Part shown: piece by piece, positions 9,850 to 17,900 of the stretch
Position numbering within the stretch: position 1 is the first letter of the stretch
How the letters are laid out: each line of letters begins with the position of its first letter
Translations under genes and position numbers: made by a program
The notes under the pieces: model-generated
Seen by the model: only the letters and a program-made list of their open reading frames with translations
Told to the model about the DNA's origin: nothing
The model's database searches: none
Assembly: GCA_934202505.1 (NCBI GenBank)
Contig: CAKPXW010000002.1
Span: forward strand, 1 to 41,201
Direction: 5' to 3'
Length of the DNA stretch: 41,201 nucleotides
Origin: an uncultured Bacilli bacterium
GTDB taxonomy: Bacteria > Bacillota_I > Bacilli_A > RFN20 > CAG-631

Positions 9850-9922
9850 TTAAGAATGCATTAGTTTGATACAGTAAAAATGTATTAAACTTTTTTTATT
9901 TTTACGGGAGTTTGATTCTTAC
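9848..9922 (+). repeat. Left copy of a ~75-bp imperfect direct repeat (candidate attL), abutting the tRNA 3' end
   Basis: CATTAAGAATGCATTAGTTTGATACAGTAAAA... recurs at 13608..13681. The first 33 nt have one mismatch; overall about five-sixths identity by hand alignment. Confidence 0.85.
9863..9898 (+). terminator. Rho-independent terminator of tRNA-Trp (inside the left repeat)
   Basis: AGTTTGATACA / TGTATTAAACT forms an 11-bp stem (one G-T pair) with a 7-nt loop, followed by TTTTTTT. Confidence 0.7.
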
Positions 9923-10000
9923 CGTATGTTCGAACATTCGAACTTTGATACATATAATTTTCATTTTAAATTGTGAATTTTTGAAATTCTATATGCTTAC

Positions 10001-10080
10001 TATTGAACGATTATTTTAACAAATGAACGATTACTGAAACTATTGAACGTTTACTCCAACAATTAAACGATATAAATAGA
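10001..10080 (+). repeat. Four iteron-like direct repeats with exact 20-bp phasing
   Basis: TTGAACGATTA (10003), ATGAACGATTA (10023), TTGAACGTTTA (10043), TTAAACGATAT (10063). Confidence 0.85.
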
Positions 10081-10126
10081 AAATTCTTTATAAGTAAAAA
10101 AAATATGTAATTTTGCAGTTTTATCA

Positions 10127-10154
10127 TTGATTTATTACCAATTTTCGATATAAT
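10127..10154 (+). promoter_or_regulatory. Putative promoter of the AlbA_2-like gene
   Basis: TTGATT (10127..10132), 16-nt spacer, TATAAT (10149..10154). Confidence 0.5.
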
Positions 10155-10182
10155 AAACTTGGTAATAAAAGTTGGTGATAAA

Positions 10183-11580
10183 ATGAAAATTAAAGAAATA
10201 ATTAATGAACTATTGCAATTTTCTAAAGAAAGAGAGTGGTTTGAGTTTAAAGAAAATTGGTTTCAACCTGTCGCTCTTGGAGAATATGTTTCTGCTCTTT
10301 CTAATGCGGCCGCTCTTTTAGGAAAGGACTATGGATATTTTGTATGGGGGATAAATGATGAAACTCATGAAATAGTGGGAACTGATTTTGATTATTACCA
10401 AGACTATAGACATGAGCCATATCAAAACTATCTAAATAGAAATCTCTCTCCACGAATCAAATTTGAGTTTGGTGAAGATGTTATTAATGGAAAAAGAGTT
10501 GTTATTTTAGCCATTGAAGCAGCAAAAGAAATCCCAACTTCATTTAATAAAGTTAGATATATTCGAATTGGGTCATCAAAAGATTCAATGGAAAATAATC
10601 CTAAAAAGGAAAAAGAACTTTTTAAAATACTTGAAAATGGTTATCCAACAATAGTTAATACTGAATCACTATATCAAGATTTAACATTTGAAAAATTGTT
10701 CATGTATTATGGAAGCAAAGGAATAAGTATCAAGCAAGAAACATTTAAAAAAAATCTTCATTTATTAACTCCTGATGGAAAATACAATATAATGGCGCAA
10801 CTTCTTTCTGATAACTCCCAACTACCATTAAGGTTATCAATATTTGAAGGAGAAACAAAAGGATCAAATCTTTATGCTATTAAAGAATTCGGATTTGATT
10901 GCCTTTTATATTCGCTAAAAAATCTTTTAGATTATGGAGATGTTATCAACATAATTCAATCTGATGAAACAAATAGAAAAGAAGAAAGAAAAGAAACGCC
11001 GTTGTTTGACATAAAATCATTCAATGAAGCTATAGTTAATGCGGTTCTTCACAATAAATGGGTTGATGGAAATGAGCCTATGATAACAGTATACTCTAAT
11101 AGAATTGAAATTCTTTCTAGAGGCACAATAGCTCCATCTCAAACATTAGAAGGTTTTTATTTAGGAGAATCAGTGCCTGTAAATGAAAAATTATCAGAAA
11201 TCTTTGCTCAATTAAGAATAAGTGATAAATCTGGAAGAGGAGTTCCAAAAATTGTTGAAAACTATTCTAGAAATGCTTTTGAATTTAGAGACAATTCAAT
11301 AGTAGTTACTATTCCATTTAATTATAATAGAAAAGTTGGTGATAAGGTTGGTAATAAAATTGGTAATAATCCTACAACTAGAAAGCATGGATTAAACTTA
11401 ACAAGGGAAAGAATCATGTCAGAAATGAGACATAATCCAAATATTACTAAAGTCGAACTTGTTATATTATTAGGTATAAGTAATACTGCAGTTGATAATA
11501 ACATAAGATATCTAAGAGAAAATGGCTACATAATTAGAGTTGGCGAAAATAAAAATGGTTACTGGAAAGTTTTAAAATAA
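10183..11580 (+). CDS. AlbA_2/Schlafen-like domain + HATPase_c_4-like + C-terminal winged-HTH protein (often annotated as RecG-like putative transcriptional regulator)
   Basis: EREWFEFKENW near the N-terminus is typical of AlbA_2. The central NAVLHNKW...GRGVPKI resembles the divergent ATPase-like module. The C-terminal ITKVELVILLGISNTAVDNNIRYLRENGYI is a wHTH. ATG at 10183 is preferred over the TTG at 10159. Confidence 0.7.
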   Translation: MKIKEIINELLQFSKEREWFEFKENWFQPVALGEYVSALSNAAALLGKDYGYFVWGINDETHEIVGTDFDYYQDYRHEPYQNYLNRNLSPRIKFEFGEDVINGKRVVILAIEAAKEIPTSFNKVRYIRIGSSKDSMENNPKKEKELFKILENGYPTIVNTESLYQDLTFEKLFMYYGSKGISIKQETFKKNLHLLTPDGKYNIMAQLLSDNSQLPLRLSIFEGETKGSNLYAIKEFGFDCLLYSLKNLLDYGDVINIIQSDETNRKEERKETPLFDIKSFNEAIVNAVLHNKWVDGNEPMITVYSNRIEILSRGTIAPSQTLEGFYLGESVPVNEKLSEIFAQLRISDKSGRGVPKIVENYSRNAFEFRDNSIVVTIPFNYNRKVGDKVGNKIGNNPTTRKHGLNLTRERIMSEMRHNPNITKVELVILLGISNTAVDNNIRYLRENGYIIRVGENKNGYWKVLK

Positions 11581-11660
11581 CAAAAATAATTATGAAATTG
11601 TTTGATTTTTTGATGTTGCTGAAAAATATGTAATTGTGTAAGAAAAGGAAATAAATAAAA

Positions 11661-12011
11661 ATGAAAAAGATAAATGCAGTAGATTATTTAGGAAAAGAAG
11701 TAACTTTAAAAATTGATAGACCATTAGGTTCAAGACATCCACAATATGGTTTTATCTATATGTTAAATTATGGATATGTACCTAATACTATTAGTGGAGA
11801 TGGTGAAGAATTAGATGCATACTTAATTGGAGAATTTGAACCAGTTACATCTAGTAGTGGCAAAGTTATTGCAATTATACATAGGACTAATGATGACGAT
11901 GATAAACTTATTGTTTCTAAAAATGGGAATGATTATTCGGATGATGCAATTAGAGCATTAACTGAATTTCAAGAAAGATTCTTTGATTCAATAATTATAA
12001 GAAATAAATAA
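11661..12011 (+). CDS. Small inorganic pyrophosphatase-like protein
   Basis: 116 aa. GDGEELDAYLIGE and IHRTNDDDDKLIV resemble the acidic metal-binding core of family I pyrophosphatase, but much shorter. Confidence 0.5.
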   Translation: MKKINAVDYLGKEVTLKIDRPLGSRHPQYGFIYMLNYGYVPNTISGDGEELDAYLIGEFEPVTSSSGKVIAIIHRTNDDDDKLIVSKNGNDYSDDAIRALTEFQERFFDSIIIRNK

Positions 12012-12037
12012 TTTATTAATAGAAGAAAGGTAATTTT

Positions 12038-12673
12038 ATGAGTTTTGATTTTAAAAAAGAATATAAAGAATTTTATATACCTAAAAACAAGCCAAGTATT
12101 GTTGAAATACCAAGAATGAATTATATAGCTGTTAGGGGAATAGGAAATCCAAATGAAGAAAATGGTGATTATCAAAACACTATTGGTTTATTATATGGAG
12201 TAGCATATACAATAAAAATGAGTTATAAGGGAACTCATAAAATAGAAGGCTTTTTTGATTATGTTGTACCACCACTTGAAGGCTTTTGGTGGCAGGATGG
12301 TTTAACTGGAAGCATTGATTATGATAATAAAGAAGCAATGCATTTTATATCAATTATTAGATTGCCTGATTTTGTGACTAAAGAAGATTTTGAATGGGCC
12401 ATTGAAGAAGCCACAAAGAAAAAGAAACAAGATTTTTCAAGAGTTGAATTTTTAACTTATGATGAAGGCTTATGTGTTCAATGTATGCATATAGGTTCCT
12501 ATAATGACGAACCTGCAACCGTTAATACAATGCATGAATATATGAAAGAAAATGGTTATGAACTAGATATAACTGATAAAAGATATCATCATGAAATCTA
12601 TTTAAGTGATCCAAGAAAATGTGATAATAATAAATTAAAAACTGTCATTAGACACCCAATAAAGAAAAATTAA
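12038..12673 (+). CDS. GyrI-like small-molecule-binding domain protein
   Basis: FDFKKEYKEFYIPKNKPSIVEIPRMNYIAVRGIGNPNEENGDY... and CVQCMHIGSYNDEP are characteristic of the GyrI-like (PF06445) family. Confidence 0.8.
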   Translation: MSFDFKKEYKEFYIPKNKPSIVEIPRMNYIAVRGIGNPNEENGDYQNTIGLLYGVAYTIKMSYKGTHKIEGFFDYVVPPLEGFWWQDGLTGSIDYDNKEAMHFISIIRLPDFVTKEDFEWAIEEATKKKKQDFSRVEFLTYDEGLCVQCMHIGSYNDEPATVNTMHEYMKENGYELDITDKRYHHEIYLSDPRKCDNNKLKTVIRHPIKKN

Positions 12674-12841
12674 TAGGGATAGTACCAATCACTTTTAAGA
12701 ATCTAATAGTTAAAAAGAGCTAATCATTTCATTCAGTCTTATTTTAAATATCATGATTTGCTGTTGTATCCATTATGTACCACTAAGCGTGGATATCAAT
12801 TGAAATTATTTGATGTTAATATAGTTTTAGGAGGTGCTACT

Positions 12842-13453
12842 ATGGATATAATTAAGATTGGAAATTTTATCCGTGAATGCAGGAAAAATAAAAATTTAAC
12901 ACAAAAGCAGTTAGCGGATAAATTATTTATTGAGCCTAAAACTATTTCAAAATGGGAAACGGGAAATGGTTTGCCAGATGTTTCGATAATGAAAAATTTA
13001 TGTAATGAATTAGATATATCTTTAAGTGAACTATTTATAGGGGAATATGGTAAAGATGAATCTTATGAATTAATAACAGAACAAATACTCTTAAAAGAAT
13101 TTGAAAAAGAACGAATACGAAATAAAAAAAATTTAATTGGTGAAATTTTAATAGGATGTGCTTTTATTGCTGTTGTAATCACATTAATATTATTTGTAGG
13201 ATTTGTACCTATTGCAACATATTTGAAAATAATACTAGTTGCATTAGCATTAATCTTTATTGTTGTAGGAATAACAGGATTAATATTATTAGATGCTAAT
13301 ATTGGATATTTTGAATGTGCAGAATGTCATGAAAGATTTGTACCTTCAGTTAAAGATTATACTTTTGGATTACATACATTTAAAAAAAGAAAGTTAACTT
13401 GTCCTAAATGTGGTAAAAAGACTTGGTGCTCTAAAAGAATTAATAAAATATAG
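12842..13453 (+). CDS. Membrane-tethered XRE-family HTH protein with a C-terminal zinc ribbon
   Basis: GGAGG RBS before the ATG at 12842. HTH_3 (LTQKQLADKLFIEPKTISKWETG), two predicted TM helices, then CAECHERF...CPKCGKK. Confidence 0.75.
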   Translation: MDIIKIGNFIRECRKNKNLTQKQLADKLFIEPKTISKWETGNGLPDVSIMKNLCNELDISLSELFIGEYGKDESYELITEQILLKEFEKERIRNKKNLIGEILIGCAFIAVVITLILFVGFVPIATYLKIILVALALIFIVVGITGLILLDANIGYFECAECHERFVPSVKDYTFGLHTFKKRKLTCPKCGKKTWCSKRINKI

Positions 13454-13528
13454 AAGTTAATAAATAAATGTCATTTTAAAAGCTTCCAACAAGAAATATT
13501 AAGTTGATTATAAAATAGGAATGTTATT

Positions 13529-13585
13529 GCGTTACGCAAAATAGAGGCAGGGTTACGCAAATTGATAGAAACGTTACGCATTTTG
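13529..13585 (+). repeat. Three direct repeats with exact 21-bp phasing
   Basis: GTTACGCAAA (13531), GTTACGCAAA (13552), GTTACGCATT (13573), ending about 25 nt before the right direct repeat. Confidence 0.85.
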
Positions 13586-13607
13586 TATCAAATGTTGTGT
13601 TTCTAGA

Positions 13608-13681
13608 CATTAATAATGCATTAGTTTGATACAGTAAAATGTGTCGAACTTTTTTTGCTTTTACGTGGGTTAATTCTTATC
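13608..13681 (+). repeat. Right copy of the ~75-bp imperfect direct repeat (candidate attR), also a terminator-like hairpin
   Basis: CATTAATAATGCATTAGTTTGATACAGTAAAATGTGTCGAACTTTTTTTG... The hairpin AGTTTGATACA / TGTGTCGAACT is kept through G-C and G-T pairs and is followed by a T-run. Confidence 0.85.
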
Positions 13682-13806
13682 ATTTGTTTTACCTTATGAG
13701 CAATAATGCTACACTTATAAAATGATTTATTTTGCCAAATATTTCGCCATTGTATTGATTTATTTCGTCAAAATTCATATAATTAATATAGTAAAAGGTG
13801 AAATAA

Positions 13807-14304
13807 ATGAATGTAAAAATTGTTTGCTCATTCCTTATTTTGTTAGTTGTTTCATTAACAGGATGTACCACGATTTCTAGCAGTGAAAACACTAGTATTG
13901 ATAGTGGAAGTATTAGTGTTGATAGTGGGAGTATTAGTTTTTCGGTAGAAGGTAGTTCTTCAGGCGAATCTGGGAAAACTGATGGTGAACTTATTTTTGT
14001 ATCCGAAGAAGAACAATTGAAAAACAGTGACTTGGTTTATCAAGTTGTAGTGACTAAAAGAGGAGGAGTTGAATTCATTGATAATCAACTCTATACGGTT
14101 TATTATTTCGAAATTTTAGAAATTATTAAAGGTGAAGAAACAATAAATTATGCTTATTTTAGAGGAGACACAACAGAAAACAGCAGTGTGACAAGTTCTA
14201 CTGATGAAAAATTGATAGAAAATGAAAATTATAAATTATATTTACAAAACAGAAACGGCAAGTATATAACAACAGCAGGATATCAAAGTATTATAAAACA
14301 ATAA
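13807..14304 (+). CDS. Hypothetical lipoprotein
   Basis: Signal peptide with lipobox LTGC and a Ser-rich linker (SIDSGSISVDSGSIS). RBS AAAGGTG. Confidence 0.65.
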   Translation: MNVKIVCSFLILLVVSLTGCTTISSSENTSIDSGSISVDSGSISFSVEGSSSGESGKTDGELIFVSEEEQLKNSDLVYQVVVTKRGGVEFIDNQLYTVYYFEILEIIKGEETINYAYFRGDTTENSSVTSSTDEKLIENENYKLYLQNRNGKYITTAGYQSIIKQ

Positions 14305-14341
14305 GGAACTTTTGGTAGATTAAACCTTATAAAATATTTAT

Positions 14342-14373
14342 GCTCACACTTCAAACGTGTGGGCTTTTTATTT
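14342..14373 (+). terminator. Rho-independent terminator after the lipoprotein gene
   Basis: GCTCACAC / GTGTGGGC 8-bp stem with a 7-nt loop, followed by TTTTTATTT. Confidence 0.65.
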
Positions 14374-14901
14374 CTACTTTTACACATGCCTGGTGGTTAT
14401 GCTGCCATCCAGGACCTTTTTGATTATTGATTCGACATAGCTACTGTTCAAATTGTTCATAAGATTTTCTTTCAGTGAGAACAATATGTACCATAAGCAA
14501 TTAGGTGAAAACAAATAACGGTATAATCACACAATAGATGTGACAAAGTTGACTTTTTGAGCAATTTATGGGAAACTTAGAGCAAGATAATTTGTTATAC
14601 AAATTATGAAGTTGCTAACTCCAAATAGCCTATAAAAAATGCAAAAACATAGGCAAAAGGAGTGGACAAGGCAGGAAAAATGTTGGACATTCATTAATAA
14701 TCAAACAAGATGTAAGTCTACCATTTGAGTGAATATAATAAAACTTTACCGCACTACTGCATAGAAAATAGCCTATGAGCGGTGCTATTTCGATTTTATA
14801 AGGAATAAAAACACAACATTAAAGCAGTTTAGGTTTTAGCTAAGAAAAAACCTATCTTTCAAATCTTACAAACGAAAAAAGTTAGAAAGAGGTGAAATAT
14901 A

Positions 14902-17900
14902 ATGAAAAAATATTTTAAAAAAACAAGTATTGCTATAATAATTGTTATGATGTTCATTTTCGCTATTTTTGGTGGCGAGACAATTACAATTCATACAAAC
15001 GCCGATAATACAAAATATAAAACAGTCGTGAACGCTCAAGGTGTCAAGACAGAAAAAGGGACAAAAGCGACAACGCAAGTAGAATTAGGAAATTATATCA
15101 GCCTTGGTAAGTACAACGGCAAGGATGTAATATGGAGGTGCGTCAGTATTGATGAGAAAGGGTTACTTATGCTTGCCGATAACATAATCGACACACTCCC
15201 TTACGACGCTAAGACCAACGACAACAACCGTTCTAAGTCACACAGCCGCAACAATAATCGTGATAACCGCGGCTCTAACTATTGGAAAGACAGCAATATG
15301 CGTTCTTGGCTCAATTCTACGGCAGTATCAGGCGAAGTGAAGTGGCTATGTGGTAATCCGCCAAGGGCCGGTTATGTAAATGAAAATGCGTATGACCAAA
15401 AAGCCGGTTTTTTGAACGACTTTTCCAAAGCCGAGATTGCCGCAATGAAGAACGTGACCCAGCGCTCTTTGGTATCACACCCTGAGTACAATCATGGATT
15501 TCATGATGGTGATGGTCGCTCTGATTTGGAATTTAATGAGAACATTGAGAACGTTGCCAGTAATTTCAACAGTGCATATGGCGAAAACTCGACCGAAAAG
15601 GTTTTTCTGCTAGACGTCCAACAAGTCAATAGAGTGTGGAAAAATTTCGATAATTATTATATAGGCAGAAAAGAAGGATTTGCTTGGCCTTATTGGCTAA
15701 GGACACCTCTTTCTAGTTGCAACCACCTAATGCGCTATGTGGGCAGCAATGGATTTGTTGGAAAAGATTACCCAACAAATGCTATTGGAGTAAGACCTGC
15801 GTTTTATCTAGATTCAGACTATTATGTAACAACCTCCGGCAATGGCAGTGCAAGCAATCCTTATGTTGGCTCTGCACCTGATAAAATCGAGGACGACTAT
15901 ACCATAGCCGAGTCGGAAGAAGACCCAAATCAAGAATGGGACGTAAGCCTTGACCAACAACTTAAACTTACCCTTGGTCCATACTATTCTAGCGATGGCA
16001 AATATGCCACACCGACTATTCCTATCTATACTATCCAAAAGACAAGAAGTGACACCGAAAATATGGTAATTCTTATTTGTGGCGAGGGTTACACCAAGAG
16101 TCAGCAACAAAAGTTTATCAATGATGCAAAAAAAGTATGGGAAGGAGCAATTCAGTACGAACCATATCGTAGTTATGCCGACCGCTTCAACGTATATGCA
16201 CTTTGTACGGCGTCAGAGTCGAGTTTTAACAATGGTGATAGTACATTTTTTGATGTTGTTATAGATAAAAAGGTTGGGCCGATGATTTCAGTAAATAAAA
16301 GTAGTTGGAAAAACCATATTTTCGAACGCTGTATAGGACCTGCATTCATTGAACAAATTCACGACGCTCATATTCCTAATAAAACTGATCCTGATACATT
16401 TATTTGGGACGATGATAAAATGTACCCGCCATTTTATTATGTGCACAACTATATTAATCAATTTGCTTTGCTAGTCAATACGTCTCAAGATTTTGGTGGT
16501 TCACATAGAAATTATAAACGTGGTATCCATTATTTTATAACCCCAGCCGATAACAATCGTGCGCAAAAGTCTTTTGCACATGAGCTTGGTCACGGGTTGC
16601 TAGAACTTGGCGATGAATATATGACTTCAGCCGCAGAATCAATTGACTATACTTCGCTAAATGTGGCATATAATCACAATCCGGAACAAGTAAAGTGGAA
16701 AAAATTACTAGGGTTTAGAAAAACTTTTACATGCAATACACATCCTTCTTATACTGCTTACAATTCCAGTTGGGAATGCCTTATGCGTGATACCAACTAT
16801 CAGTTCTGTGAAGTATGCAAGTTGCAAGGGTACAAGAGAATGTCGCAACTCATAGATGGCAAAAGCCTCTATGTCGCCGACCCAGAAGTTAAGAAATATA
16901 TAGACAGGTATACTAACCCATCGGACTTTGTGGAAACAAATTACAATGGATATATTAATTTTATAAATTATCGTGAGGGAGTTTTGCTTAGCGGCTGGAA
17001 CAAAAACAAATTCAACACGGGTATGGTAGGTGAGAAAATTCAACTTCGCACCATCGTGCAAAATCTTTCAGACACTACGGAACGCCAAGTTACTATGAAA
17101 TTGTGGATAAAGCATGCCGATGGAAGCGTTGCAACTACAACTAGCGGTCAAATGCTAGAAGCAACACAAACTTTTACTATTCCTGTATGGAGCGAAAAGA
17201 GTAAGTTTTGGCAAAAGGGAGCTTTGGAATATAATGGTAGTGATTTGAATTCTGGATTGGAGAATTGTGAGTTGATTTACCAAATTCCACTAGACGCAGT
17301 GCTAAATAACGGCGACACCGTTGCCTTTGAAGTAACTGACGAAAACGGAAATGTGCTTGCTCACGACAATACCGAAACCCAACCATATGCAAACATTAAT
17401 ATTGAATATAAATTTGAGGACGGAAGTCCAATGCCTAATGCAACTAAAGCCGTAATACCTCTTGCAGTGGGAAGCTATGTTAATTGGACGACTGCTCCAT
17501 CACTTTATGGACATGTACTTAGCAAAGTTGATGGCCTAAATCAAATTGTAAGCGGGAGCGGCCAAACGGTGACGTACTATTATGCCAAAAAAATAGACAC
17601 CCATATTCACGATTGGAGTGATTGGGTAAGCAATGGTAACGGAACGCATACCCGCACTTGTACGAAAGATAGTAGTCATACCGAAACAGCAAATTGTTCG
17701 GGCGGAATGGCCACTTGCACAACAAAAGCGGTTTGTGACGTTTGCAAAACAATGTATGGCGAAACTGCATCTCATAACACAACGCAATATGGCGGAAAAG
17801 ACGGCACGGGACACTGGAATACTTGTTCGACTTGCGATAACAAATTCAACTTTGAAGCACATACTCCTGACAGAGAAAAAGCTGATGAAACCACCCCTGT

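Larger units (their letters stand above)
9848..13681 (+). mobile_element. Candidate integrase-less integrative cassette (CIME-like) at tRNA-Trp
   Basis: Direct repeats at both ends, the left one flush with the tRNA 3' end. Phased short repeats lie just inside each end. Four accessory-type genes and no recombinase gene. Confidence 0.4.

Noticed and set aside
10001-10080. CRISPR array interpretation of the 20-bp and 21-bp repeat arrays (also 13529..13585)
   Set aside because: The units are contiguous or degenerate with no unique spacers of CRISPR size, there are only 3-4 copies, the repeats are not palindromic, and there are no cas genes.
13590-13610. Weak resemblance of TTTCTAGACAT before the right repeat to the tRNA 3' end (TTCCTAGTGCCCCTGCCAT), i.e. 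a tRNA fragment at attR
   Set aside because: Only about 7 nt match and the acceptor stem is missing, so this is too short to distinguish from chance.
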